This document shows, in pieces, positions 7,831 to 17,778 of a DNA stretch of 64,000 nt. Where the stretch lies: IMG/VR virus record IMGVR_UViG_3300023174_002543, positions 1-64,000 of that record; one strand, 5' to 3'. Every line of letters begins with the position of its first letter. Positions within the stretch are counted from its first letter, which is position 1. A program made the translations under genes and the position numbers. The notes under the pieces were generated by a model, which ran no database searches, was not told the origin of the DNA, and worked only from the letters and a program-made list of their open reading frames with translations.

Positions 7831-8904
7831 TTAATACCCCCACCATATGAAAACGATGCCACCGGTGCCAGCTGCACCAGTTAGAATGTTATTTGAACCC
7901 CTATATACGTCAGATTGATTACATCCTCCACCACTTCCGCCGGCGCCAAAACCAGTTCCCGCAGTGGGAGTTACTCCTGAATTTTGCGTACATGACGGAC
8001 CATTACCATAGGCACCATAATTAACATTCCAATTATAAAAACCGTTACCAAGAGGAGATGCGTAATTAGGTCCGGCTACTATTCCATAGGCGCCGGCGCC
8101 TCCACCAGTAGTACCTGTTGGTGGAGGTTGGCCTTGGCCAGGTGTCATAAAACTACTACCTATACTTGCATAACCTGCACTAGCGTATGAATTAGTAGCC
8201 GGGGCGCGGCCGCCCCCCCATCCACCAGTAGCTTGACATTTTTGGTTTGGACCAACCCAAACAGTAGTAGTTCCGCCGCCGGCTCCCCCACTACCCCCGC
8301 CGTATTGCCCGTCACAAGGGCCTCCACCAGCACCACCGGTGCCTATCTGCCAACTAATACCTTGTCCTCTAGTAATAGGTACATTATATGCTACTGAAAT
8401 AGCACCTCCACCTCCACCTCCACCTCCAGTAAAGTAACCACTCCAACTAGTACGCCCAGACCCACCACCTCCGCCACCACCTCCGCCACATGCTATTATG
8501 TTTATAGATGTACCGGCCCAATCAGGAAGTGTATAGCTACCAGTTGCAGTAAAAACTAGATTACCGGGGACAGTTGCAACATATCCACACGTAGTACTAT
8601 TAGGTGTAGATGAGCCTACATATGTACCATAGTTACCATTACTATTTACAATGTTTAACGTGTATCCACTAGTACAATACTGAGATGAATAAGTTCCATA
8701 TGGATCAGGACCTGGTTTATTTCTAAGACTATCCATTGACATATAACTACTACCGGGGCTGGGCGTACCGCATGCAATTCCACTAGTAGCCACTTGTAAT
8801 CTCCTAACCATACTGTCATTCAAACTAATACGTGAATTATAGCCGTAATTTAAGGCAGTATTAAGATTTGCCATGCTTATTGGTTTATTTGGTGTATAAC
8901 TCAT
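7831..8904 (-). CDS. Gly-rich tail fibre/adhesin-like protein no.3 (unsplit)
   Basis: Shares the N-terminal SMxxxRNKxGP motif and Cys-pair module with the other two. Glycine-rich domain ends GTGGIVFIWW. Confidence 0.7.
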   Translation of the reverse strand: MSYTPNKPISMANLNTALNYGYNSRISLNDSMVRRLQVATSGIACGTPSPGSSYMSMDSLRNKPGPDPYGTYSSQYCTSGYTLNIVNSNGNYGTYVGSSTPNSTTCGYVATVPGNLVFTATGSYTLPDWAGTSINIIACGGGGGGGGGSGRTSWSGYFTGGGGGGGGAISVAYNVPITRGQGISWQIGTGGAGGGPCDGQYGGGSGGAGGGTTTVWVGPNQKCQATGGWGGGRAPATNSYASAGYASIGSSFMTPGQGQPPPTGTTGGGAGAYGIVAGPNYASPLGNGFYNWNVNYGAYGNGPSCTQNSGVTPTAGTGFGAGGSGGGCNQSDVYRGSNNILTGAAGTGGIVFIWWGY

Positions 8905-8905
8905 A

Positions 8906-9196
8906 TTAATTATTCATTATGTATATAAGATATGCAGAGAAAAAATCCAAACTATCAAATTTTTTAACCATAGAGTTTTTAAAAAAATGTTGCACAATGA
9001 TGCGAACTTCATCATCAGTGCCCGATACATCGTTAGGTATCGTTACTATGTCTGCAAAAGTACTATCATTTACCATAAAAAAATGCTTACCGTTTTCATG
9101 AGATATATTATACTGGTCATCAAAAGGAAGGTATCTCATGTCCTTGACAATGATTGTTTTATTTTTTGTAGTAGCGTCAGTTAATAGATATATCAT
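8906..9196 (-). CDS. Hypothetical protein, paralog of 7279..7830
   Basis: The ORF track starts at TTG 9214; ATG at 9196 aligns with the paralog start. Confidence 0.6.
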   Translation of the reverse strand: MIYLLTDATTKNKTIIVKDMRYLPFDDQYNISHENGKHFFMVNDSTFADIVTIPNDVSGTDDEVRIIVQHFFKNSMVKKFDSLDFFSAYLIYIMNN

Positions 9197-9229
9197 AAAC
9201 CCCAATAGGACCAAAATAGTTCCTATTAG

Positions 9230-9237
9230 TATTTATC
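9230..9237 (-). promoter_or_regulatory. Late promoter (GATAAATA)
   Basis: Intergenic match to the late consensus, upstream of the adhesin gene run. Confidence 0.5.
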
Positions 9238-9241
9238 GGCT

Positions 9242-11182
9242 TTACTTACTGTGATAATATTGGGTTAACCATTCCCAATCATAACTTAACATGAGTTTTT
9301 CCATGTTCCCGTCAACATGTTGATAGTAATTGACTGCATCTCTTGCACCCATTTTACTGTATTCTCCAAAATTCCCATTACCTTTGTTTAACCAAGCAGA
9401 ACCCCTATCAATTGATTCTTGGTCAGTATTAGCACATAACTTAATCATTTCTCTGAATGCAGTTCTCCAAGTATCATATTCGCTAGAATTATATGTACTG
9501 ATACCGGAATTAATATCTACAATTTCAGTTGGGCTATCCATAGTAAAGTCTAAGCCGTTGACCTCTGTATTCAATGTAAGTTTACGATTATTCACTACTA
9601 TTGCTTGATGTCCGTATTCTAAACTATTAACAGGGTTGGTACAAGTAAAGATATAGTGACGGCTACTTTTCATTCTGTTTGGTTGCCAATTAAAGTCAAA
9701 GTCATCTCTTACTCTTAACTTAGCATTAACTAGAAAGTACCACGGCGTTGTTGATATGTTTGCCGCGGCATGTTGGCTTTTAACACGACCATTTACTCTA
9801 TCAACTCTGTGTACTTTATTAGGTAAATTTTTTGTAATCTCTAATAAATGATTATAATTATCTTCCGCACAACTTTCACCGTTGCTAAAAAATACAATAT
9901 CTAATGGTTCTATTTTAGTCGGATATCGATGATGAAATACATATGAATAGTCTGAAAGTTTGTCATATAACTTATACACAACATCGCTAGGTACTACTGC
10001 TTCATACTCATTGAGTATATGTAAATATGGATTGTGTTCCATGTTTGGTAATATCTTTTGGTAATCTATTGTCGGCTTGTCTACATAAAAATGAACATAC
10101 TTACTTGAATATAAATGTTTTACCACTGCATCAAATATACTATCCTCAACCCGCACTTTAGGTATATCTAATTTAGCAACTACATCAGTCATGTACTTTG
10201 TACCCACGCTATCACGTTGTCTATAAATGACGGTTGGCATATTTTCAGGAGGAAAGTATTCATTACCAAATACATATGTATATGGTTCTTCTGTTTCATC
10301 CGGGTGCCAACTATAGTCAAAATCAACTACTGATTCTATAACTCTAAACTTCTTAGACATAGGAATACGAATACTGGACTGTGCGTCACAATACTTCTTA
10401 ATTGTTGCATTACGCATACTGTATATTGGTCCACCTGTCTTTTGCCATTGTGTACCAAACTCATACATGTAGGGTGGTTCAGTATCATCAGGATGCCAAC
10501 TAAAGTCAAAACTATCCATGTCAATACTTTCAGGTATTGACCAGCGTCTTAAATTAGGTAATCGTATAGCAATCTGAGTATCATTGTATTTTACAATCTC
10601 AGCATTATCAGGTGTGTATCTTGGTCCACCTGTCTTTTGCCATTGCGTTCCAAACTGATGTATCAAATTAGGTTCATGTGGACTGGGTCTCCAGCTATAG
10701 TCAAATGAATCTTCACTTAGACCCTCAGGTATATACCATTTTTCTATCTCAGGCAATAATGTTGCTTTGATGTTATCTATATACTTTTTATCAATGGCAC
10801 CTTTAACTCTATACTGAACGGTAGGCATTGTTGTACTATCATACCATTGATTACCAAATACGTATATGAATGGTGGTTCAGTGTCATCTGGATGCCAGCT
10901 ATAATCAAAGTTGATGTTACTAACTAAATTTCTATAGCATCTACTATTACTATCAGGTAGTTTCTTTGCTATTTGATGATTTTGATATTTGATACCTTCA
11001 CTTTCAGGTATAACAAATCTTGGACCACCTGTCTTTTGATGTTGTGTACCAAACTGATGTGTATATGGTCTATCGTATGGTTCGGGTCTCCAATCAAAAT
11101 CAAAATTGGTAGTATCTAAAAAATCAGGGACTTCCCAATACCCCTGTTTAAATAATTCTAATCTACGTTCAATATCTATCAT
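9242..11182 (-). CDS. Repeat protein (five FDxSWxP repeats) fused to a glycosyltransferase-like C-terminal domain
   Basis: Repeats FD[YF][SD]W[HR]P...FG[TN][QE]. C-terminal LDIVFFSNGE...HAAANISTTPWYFLVNA...WRTAFRE is homologous to 15010..15963. Confidence 0.65.
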   Translation of the reverse strand: MIDIERRLELFKQGYWEVPDFLDTTNFDFDWRPEPYDRPYTHQFGTQHQKTGGPRFVIPESEGIKYQNHQIAKKLPDSNSRCYRNLVSNINFDYSWHPDDTEPPFIYVFGNQWYDSTTMPTVQYRVKGAIDKKYIDNIKATLLPEIEKWYIPEGLSEDSFDYSWRPSPHEPNLIHQFGTQWQKTGGPRYTPDNAEIVKYNDTQIAIRLPNLRRWSIPESIDMDSFDFSWHPDDTEPPYMYEFGTQWQKTGGPIYSMRNATIKKYCDAQSSIRIPMSKKFRVIESVVDFDYSWHPDETEEPYTYVFGNEYFPPENMPTVIYRQRDSVGTKYMTDVVAKLDIPKVRVEDSIFDAVVKHLYSSKYVHFYVDKPTIDYQKILPNMEHNPYLHILNEYEAVVPSDVVYKLYDKLSDYSYVFHHRYPTKIEPLDIVFFSNGESCAEDNYNHLLEITKNLPNKVHRVDRVNGRVKSQHAAANISTTPWYFLVNAKLRVRDDFDFNWQPNRMKSSRHYIFTCTNPVNSLEYGHQAIVVNNRKLTLNTEVNGLDFTMDSPTEIVDINSGISTYNSSEYDTWRTAFREMIKLCANTDQESIDRGSAWLNKGNGNFGEYSKMGARDAVNYYQHVDGNMEKLMLSYDWEWLTQYYHSK

Positions 11183-12657
11183 GTATACACTTTGATACCA
11201 TACAGTTTTTCAAAACGTCTAGCATCACCCTTGTCATTGACCATTGGTTCACCTCGTATGTTTAAACTTGTATTAAGTAACATAGGGCATTCAGTCATCA
11301 CATACCATTTTTCAAGGAGCTCTCTAATTCCGCTTCCATCATCAGGGACAGTTTGTACACGACTAGTCCCGTCAACATGAACGATAGCAGGAAATAAGTC
11401 AGGATACCTACACTTAGCAACTGACTGCATATACCTGCTGTTATCGAAACCGCTAGGCATACTAAAGTACTTATTAGCATACTCCTCCAAAATAACTGGA
11501 GCAAAGGGTCTGAACTTTTGTCTACGTTTGATTTCATTTACTCTATCCTTAATTTCATTGCCTCTAGGGTCTGCCAATAAACTTCTATTACCCAATGCTC
11601 TCGGACCAAATTCTGCACGACCACTAGCAATACCAATAATTTCTCCGCGTAATAGTGCATCAAGTGCTTTATTAGTAGGATACTTACCCTCTATATTATA
11701 ACCAAGAAAGGCATTATTCCAGTTAACTCTATAGTTAAATCCAAGTGCGGCTGCGCCTAAACTACTACCTGCATCGCCCGGATTAGGCATAATCCATATA
11801 TGTTCAAAGTGTTTACCTAAATGTTGATTAGCAACACAATTCAATGCTACACCGCCGCCATATACTAGATTTCTACTATGTCCAAGAATTCTTGCACGTT
11901 GCATTACATTATAGATTAGTTGTTCAGCCAAAACTTGACTACTTGCAGCAATATCCATTTTGTCAGCATCTTGCATGTACGTTTCAGATACACCTAGATG
12001 TAAATTATCATTGAATTCTAAATCAACACTATAACTCAACATGTCTTGATGCATTTGGGCATAGTATTTAGGATCCCCGTATGCGCTCATACCCATTAAG
12101 ATATATTCTTCTTCGTTGGGTTTTAATCCTACACGCTTAGTCATTGCGCTATAAAACAATCCAATACTATTAGGATATTTTTGACTCCATAGTTTTTTAT
12201 ACTTAGGACCTTTAGATGTATATCGTGCATCCCAAATACTGATAGTATCAAATTCTCCTATTGCATCAATCACTACTATCGTTGCATCAACAAAACCACT
12301 AGTTTGAAATCCGGCTGCCGCATGTGTTAAATGATGGCTATGAGTATGAATCTTTTTATTGTAAAGCATATTATGAATATCTTTACCTATAATATTCTTA
12401 GCAAATAATGTGTTGAATCTTGGATTCTGTCCTGCTCGGAGTTGTCGTAGATATTTTAACGTTGGGTTTTCGTAGTAGTGAAGTTCATAATCACCCTTTA
12501 CATATGATAGTGCGTCTTCTACCAATCTTGGATGTAGATTTTTATCATTTTTAATTTTACTATATCGTTCTGAATGCCCGGCAAAAAGTATTTTGCCGCC
12601 GGCAATAACACTTATACTAGCATCGTGAAACCCAGCACTAATTCCTATGTAATACAT
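11179..12657 (-). CDS. Carbamoyltransferase (NodU/CmcH/TobZ family)
   Basis: GISAGFHDAS, HHLTHAA, GGVALNC, EFGPRALGNRSLLADP, RPFAP and LLNTSLN motifs. Confidence 0.95.
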   Translation of the reverse strand: MYYIGISAGFHDASISVIAGGKILFAGHSERYSKIKNDKNLHPRLVEDALSYVKGDYELHYYENPTLKYLRQLRAGQNPRFNTLFAKNIIGKDIHNMLYNKKIHTHSHHLTHAAAGFQTSGFVDATIVVIDAIGEFDTISIWDARYTSKGPKYKKLWSQKYPNSIGLFYSAMTKRVGLKPNEEEYILMGMSAYGDPKYYAQMHQDMLSYSVDLEFNDNLHLGVSETYMQDADKMDIAASSQVLAEQLIYNVMQRARILGHSRNLVYGGGVALNCVANQHLGKHFEHIWIMPNPGDAGSSLGAAALGFNYRVNWNNAFLGYNIEGKYPTNKALDALLRGEIIGIASGRAEFGPRALGNRSLLADPRGNEIKDRVNEIKRRQKFRPFAPVILEEYANKYFSMPSGFDNSRYMQSVAKCRYPDLFPAIVHVDGTSRVQTVPDDGSGIRELLEKWYVMTECPMLLNTSLNIRGEPMVNDKGDARRFEKLYGIKVYT

Positions 12658-12658
12658 A

Positions 12659-12772
12659 TCAATATATAAATGGATCTTTTTTCTTTAACTCTTTAAGTTT
12701 TTCTTTAAGTCGTTTACGATACTTATACTCTCTAACTATATTGTCATATATTTTTTTTAAAAAATCAATCAT
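12659..12772 (-). CDS. Small basic protein ending KKKDPFIY, directly upstream of the carbamoyltransferase
   Basis: Not in the ORF track. Manual translation MIDFLKKIYDNIVREYKYRKRLKEKLKELKKKDPFIY (37 aa) fills the gap exactly; its stop lies 1 nt before the next ATG. Confidence 0.7.
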   Translation of the reverse strand: MIDFLKKIYDNIVREYKYRKRLKEKLKELKKKDPFIY

Positions 12773-13592
12773 TAGGTATTACCTCAAAAAATTTAGTTAC
12801 TATTGAATCTTGATGCAGAAACCCCGGATGTGAGGTGTCAACATTTTTAATACTACTAATATCTCTTGCTCTATTAAAATGTAGACATTGAACGTTTTCA
12901 AATATTCCTTGTGACATTGGTAAATCACTTATAATGTCAGGATATTTATTACCAAATGTATCATTAACAACATCCTGATAAGTACTCATTTCAAACAACG
13001 GTATATTAGACAACTTACAAATTACTTGTATTGTTGTTCGTATAATATCAAATCTGTTAAAAACTTGATGATCCATTACGATAAAATCTTGATATGACCT
13101 TTTCCAATGACCATCATCAATCAAGTTTGGTAGCATAAATTGAGTATGTATTTCGTCAATCCAATAAAACGTGCGATACACACTAGGCCAATTTATAATT
13201 ACTGCTTTTGGTTTATTTGGCGCTTTGTTCATTAGATTTACAAAATTGTAATATACAAAATCAACACTACTACCGCCCATACTTGCATTAACGTAATCAA
13301 CACCGGCTTGTTCTGCTATTTTATATACATACGTATCTTCTAGTCTTAACCCAAATCCAGCAGTAAAACTACACCCAAAAAAAGCATAGTAGTTATTGTA
13401 ATCAACATCTTCTAATTGTTTCATCCTATAACCTAATCTGTTAAATTTATAGGTAATAGGATTCTTAGCGTAGTACCAATCACTACCATATTTCTTTAGA
13501 TTAAGTTTAAATGCTTCCTCTGAATCTGTGTGTGCAAAAGGGACTTCAACATCAATCAAATTTTCATGTGATGACCTGATTAAAAAATTCAT
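12765..13592 (-). CDS. SGNH/GDSL hydrolase-like protein
   Basis: FFGCSFTAG (block I), NASMGGSS (block II) and a C-terminal D..HP motif. Confidence 0.6.
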   Translation of the reverse strand: MNFLIRSSHENLIDVEVPFAHTDSEEAFKLNLKKYGSDWYYAKNPITYKFNRLGYRMKQLEDVDYNNYYAFFGCSFTAGFGLRLEDTYVYKIAEQAGVDYVNASMGGSSVDFVYYNFVNLMNKAPNKPKAVIINWPSVYRTFYWIDEIHTQFMLPNLIDDGHWKRSYQDFIVMDHQVFNRFDIIRTTIQVICKLSNIPLFEMSTYQDVVNDTFGNKYPDIISDLPMSQGIFENVQCLHFNRARDISSIKNVDTSHPGFLHQDSIVTKFFEVIPND

Positions 13593-15016
13593 TACAATCC
13601 CTTAAAATCATTATACATTTGTGTTAGTTCGGGAAATGTTTCTAAAAAGTTTGTTCCCCTTCTACGGTCATGTTCATCAACAAAGATGACAAAATCTTTA
13701 CGGTGCTTATCACGATTGCTATCAACATTTTTAAATTCGCTCGTAATAATATTATAGATACGTTGTAATTTGTAGATTTCATGGTCATAGAAACCCGTAT
13801 ACTCTTCACCGGGGATTCTACTTTCTTTGTTATCTTCCATAAACTTAAGTTGTTCTTCAACATAATGTATCAAGTATTCTGGCATGATATAACATGTTTG
13901 ATGTTCAGGATGACGTAAGTATGGCATGTCTAATCCGATAGGCATTCTATGATATTTGTATGCTTGCGGTCTATACTTCAATCTAATTCTTAACATATCT
14001 GCTAAGAAATCTTTGAATGTTGGTACACTTAATAGATTATAGGTACTCATTATACTAATAACTGCACTAGGTACTTCTTCTAACATACGTTCTATGTTGC
14101 TGATCCATTGGTCATAGTTCATACCATTGCGAATATATTCTGCTTGCTTACCATAGGCTTCGGCTGATGTAAATATTTGCAATCGTTGTATCAATTTACC
14201 TTCTTCTATAATCTTTAGTTTTTCAATGAACTTGTCATACAATTCATCGGGTACATTCATATTAGTGTTGACGCTAAATGTTAGATTAGGGTTAGGATTC
14301 TCAATAATATAGTCAAGTACTTTGAATGTATTCTTGTTTAGTAACGGTTCACCGCCGGTTATTCTAAACTGTTTTAGTTGGCTATACATATCGGGCCACC
14401 ATTTCCAAAACGCATCAACATATGGGTTATCTTGATTGTTTGGAATAGGCATTTGTTGATTCTGTTTGAACCACTCTAGGTTATTGAATTTTTGTGATGT
14501 AGGGTAGTGCCCATATCGTTCAATTTCTTCCATCCATTGACTACTGATGTTGGGACTACAATAACTGCATTTGAAGTTGCATACATTACTAAAACTAATC
14601 TCAACATAACTAGGGTCAATGTTAGCATCCCATGGGGTGGTTGCAATTTCTTCAATATGCGGCACTGCCCATGTTTTATCCGAACTCTTATATGTTCTAT
14701 CACTGTAACGATTACCACTATCTTCGGCGCGCCAACAATAATCACATTCGCTAGGGCGTTCACCCTCAAGCATTAGTTTACGTTGACTCTTTTTAAACTC
14801 TGTATTGTGAAGTGCAGTTGGGTTGCGTCTAATTTCTTCTAACGGAACTATATGCGTGTTAGGATGATGGCAACTATGTGTGTGTCCATTTTGCAAGTGC
14901 ATAGTTACTTGTTTCCACTTAGCTACACAAAAACTAGGACTTACTTTATTGATAGCAATATAAGTATTCTCTAAATGTTCGCCGTATTTGTCTTCTTCTG
15001 TTCTTTGCATTACCAT
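13592..15016 (-). CDS. Radical SAM protein with N-terminal twitch-like Cys cluster
   Basis: CNFKCSYC, ITGGEPLL and VNTN motifs; N-terminal FC...SCHH...ECDYCW. Start may be ATG 15010 (TAATG overlap). Confidence 0.85.
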   Translation of the reverse strand: MVMQRTEEDKYGEHLENTYIAINKVSPSFCVAKWKQVTMHLQNGHTHSCHHPNTHIVPLEEIRRNPTALHNTEFKKSQRKLMLEGERPSECDYCWRAEDSGNRYSDRTYKSSDKTWAVPHIEEIATTPWDANIDPSYVEISFSNVCNFKCSYCSPNISSQWMEEIERYGHYPTSQKFNNLEWFKQNQQMPIPNNQDNPYVDAFWKWWPDMYSQLKQFRITGGEPLLNKNTFKVLDYIIENPNPNLTFSVNTNMNVPDELYDKFIEKLKIIEEGKLIQRLQIFTSAEAYGKQAEYIRNGMNYDQWISNIERMLEEVPSAVISIMSTYNLLSVPTFKDFLADMLRIRLKYRPQAYKYHRMPIGLDMPYLRHPEHQTCYIMPEYLIHYVEEQLKFMEDNKESRIPGEEYTGFYDHEIYKLQRIYNIITSEFKNVDSNRDKHRKDFVIFVDEHDRRRGTNFLETFPELTQMYNDFKGL

Positions 15017-15963
15017 CCCTCAATCTTTCTTATTACATCCATCTCTCTAGTTAACGGACCCAAATTGTGTTTGTCATTGTTATAGTGACGTTTAAAAAAT
15101 CTGCTTTGTTCTTTAGATAAAGTACAAATAGGCAACCCCAGTTTACTTTCTAAATGACTACCTACTTCTTCTGCACAGTATTTAGGATCTTTACCTTCAC
15201 AGTATTCATTCCATATTTCAGGGTAATTATCAAACCATTGAACATTTTGTGCATCCCAATCATCTAATAGCATGGTCATAAAAGTTCCAAGTCTTGCACC
15301 ATATATAGCCCAATCACCGTTATCAGCATCTAGTCCTACATTGTGCCATATAGTTAAGTTATTGAAGTTACGTCCGGGAACATTACGTTTAAAATCTTCC
15401 ACACTAGGTTTCTTACCAGCAAGTAAACACATCTTAACACCTTCACGGAATCCTGCTCTCCATGCTTGAAACGGTGAGTAGTTAGGATATGTAGTTGAAT
15501 AACAATCGTACATACTCCAGTATATACTATTGCTATAGTCTAAACAAAAGTCAACCGTAGTGTTATCATTACCGTCACTAGCCTCATGTGTTTTCATATT
15601 CATTACATAGTCTTTTGTCCATGAACTGATACCACCGTTACCATAACGTAATCCGTTGATAGCGTTTATTGCTCTCCAACGATATTGTGCTTTTTTAAAT
15701 ACTGGATCTTTATCTGTATAATCTAATACAAGATTAAAGAATTTTAAATCAGGTAAGTTGTCACCGTCAATTAATATAAATCGTTCTGTATCGCTTGCTT
15801 GAGCTGCTGCTTTGTGTGCGGCATCACTACCCTTTACCCCGTCAACTCGTCTTGCCCATGGAACCATATTCTTAATCTTTAACCAAAATTCTTCTTTCTG
15901 TGGTTCATCATAACTTAGATAGATGCAATCTAAATCTGAAACATCAATAACGTCTTGATTCAT
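15010..15963 (-). CDS. Glycosyltransferase-like (GT-A) protein
   Basis: LSYDEP, GVKGSDAAHKAAA, FILIDGD (DxD) and WRAGFREGVKM. Confidence 0.6.
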   Translation of the reverse strand: MNQDVIDVSDLDCIYLSYDEPQKEEFWLKIKNMVPWARRVDGVKGSDAAHKAAAQASDTERFILIDGDNLPDLKFFNLVLDYTDKDPVFKKAQYRWRAINAINGLRYGNGGISSWTKDYVMNMKTHEASDGNDNTTVDFCLDYSNSIYWSMYDCYSTTYPNYSPFQAWRAGFREGVKMCLLAGKKPSVEDFKRNVPGRNFNNLTIWHNVGLDADNGDWAIYGARLGTFMTMLLDDWDAQNVQWFDNYPEIWNEYCEGKDPKYCAEEVGSHLESKLGLPICTLSKEQSRFFKRHYNNDKHNLGPLTREMDVIRKIEGW

Positions 15964-16252
15964 ATAACTTTTCTTTCCATTTCAATATAGGACCTATATA
16001 TTCTTTATCTACTATAATACCGATATCCTCAATTGCACATGTAGCTCCTTCATCCCCGATAACAAGTTTTACTACGTTAACAATGTTGCTGGGCTTAACT
16101 ACTTCTCTATTAATAACTCGTACATCCGGTCTGCCTTCGGCAAAAGTTGCACTATCAACGATTACATAATTCCCCTCAAGGTTTTCACAAGTATAACATA
16201 TACAGTCGCCATTGTCATCATAATATAACCTGAATTCAACCATAATATTCAC
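15944..16252 (-). CDS. Hypothetical protein
   Basis: Overlaps both neighbours in a tightly packed operon. Confidence 0.6.
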   Translation of the reverse strand: MNIMVEFRLYYDDNGDCICYTCENLEGNYVIVDSATFAEGRPDVRVINREVVKPSNIVNVVKLVIGDEGATCAIEDIGIIVDKEYIGPILKWKEKLYESRRY

Positions 16253-16991
16253 CTAAAACTTTACTAAAGTTTTTGATATGATAATGAAATGGATAATATT
16301 GCGGGAATGTATTGATTCTTAAGTGATCCTCACATTCATACACCAATTCATTTGTCCAATTATCACTTATCAAATCATTGACATGTTGTTTCATATGTAC
16401 CATTGAAAATTGAGTAAACATGGGTAGTGTAGTATTTTCTGTTCCCATAATGTGGCAAGCAATAGCATATACCCAATCAGTTGTGGCCGGTTCGCCGGTA
16501 TTACACCTAAAGATAACTTTGTATTCTTCCCAGTGTTCAAATATATTACGAACAAGTTTAAAGAATTTTTCTGCTGTTTCACTTTTCTTAAAATATGTAA
16601 CTGCATTATATACGTCCGGCAGTTCATTATTTGTAATGAAGTTGCGATATGCCTTACAGTCAGAAATTTCGCTTTTATAGTTTCGTATCGTATTGCTGAC
16701 TACTAAATCTCTATCACATAATATGTCCCACCAATAATCAATATTATATGGAACAATCATATCTGCTTCTAGTTTTATTGTATACTCATATGGACTTGCT
16801 TCATAGACTTGCCAATCATTGATTAGTTTCCAATCGCTGTCCGGTGCTTGATCTCCGTGTGGTAAATCAGTGATAATAGTAACATTTGCGTTGGGCATTA
16901 CCCTATATATGCTATTACGTAATACTTCAGCACAACCAACATAGTCGGTTGATACAGTATTCTGAGCCAATATGACATAACCTTTATTCAT
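16236..16991 (-). CDS. Nucleotide-diphospho-sugar transferase (GT8-like)
   Basis: SPYEYTIKLEADM (degenerate DxD) and VHMK; paralog of 16984..17778. Confidence 0.65.
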   Translation of the reverse strand: MNKGYVILAQNTVSTDYVGCAEVLRNSIYRVMPNANVTIITDLPHGDQAPDSDWKLINDWQVYEASPYEYTIKLEADMIVPYNIDYWWDILCDRDLVVSNTIRNYKSEISDCKAYRNFITNNELPDVYNAVTYFKKSETAEKFFKLVRNIFEHWEEYKVIFRCNTGEPATTDWVYAIACHIMGTENTTLPMFTQFSMVHMKQHVNDLISDNWTNELVYECEDHLRINTFPQYYPFHYHIKNFSKVLGEYYG

Positions 16992-17778
16992 CTACTAATT
17001 CCATAAAATTGCTTTTACTCATGCAATGAAAATCAGTATCTTTTATTTTTATATATTTTCGTTTTTCATCATGGTTAATCAACACATACTCAGTATTAAA
17101 AGGCATATCAGATACTCTATGTGCTTTAATTTCTTTACCTAAATGAACTAGTGACCAAGGCATATAATCCTTTTTGTTAATAGTATTTCCATTAACGATT
17201 CTCAGAGCAATTGTAATCGCATAGTCATTACGAAACATTCCAGAAGCAAAATGATATAGACTTGCATAATGCTCATAGTTCTTTTGTACCATTTCTAAAC
17301 ATTCAAATATTTGCTTGACTCTACTTGATTTACGAAATATAATAACGGTTGCCCACATTGTTGTAAAACTATAAGGACTTATCACTTCTTGTTCATCCCG
17401 ATCGCTCATTAAAAAACTTACATCTTTTGCACACATGAAGTCATCGTATAATTCAAATAGATGGTTTAATTTGTCACTATTAACTAAGTAATCAGTATCA
17501 AGTAATATAGTTTCATCATACGGGGTAAGTTCGTATGCTCTATATCTACCTTTGTTTAGCCAAATGTTTTTACCCTTTTTGTTAGTGTTATCCTCAGGTG
17601 CAATGACTATATTGTCAAACTCGTATTGCTGAATTTTAGGTAATGATTGTTCATTTGTTATTAGGGTGACGGGGAGATTTAAAAAATAGTTCACTCTTTT
17701 TGCACAGGAAACTGCCATTTCATAATAGTTGACATTTTCAATATTAAACGCAAATAACAACACTCCCTTTTTACTCAT
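16984..17778 (-). CDS. Nucleotide-diphospho-sugar transferase (GT8-like)
   Basis: TPYDETILLDTDYL (DxD) and FRNDYA. Confidence 0.7.
   Translation of the reverse strand: MSKKGVLLFAFNIENVNYYEMAVSCAKRVNYFLNLPVTLITNEQSLPKIQQYEFDNIVIAPEDNTNKKGKNIWLNKGRYRAYELTPYDETILLDTDYLVNSDKLNHLFELYDDFMCAKDVSFLMSDRDEQEVISPYSFTTMWATVIIFRKSSRVKQIFECLEMVQKNYEHYASLYHFASGMFRNDYAITIALRIVNGNTINKKDYMPWSLVHLGKEIKAHRVSDMPFNTEYVLINHDEKRKYIKIKDTDFHCMSKSNFMELVDE

Noticed and set aside
8480-8500. IACG in adhesin no.3 (INIIACGGGG) resembling the leader's LIACG
   Set aside because: It fits the ordinary beta-strand-then-poly-Gly start of glycine-rich domains and lacks KKRR and the further cysteines; probably coincidental.
1-8904. 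Diversity-generating retroelement or invertible shufflon acting on adhesins
   Set aside because: No reverse transcriptase or recombinase in the window; the repeats are direct and short, with no long template/variable repeat pair.
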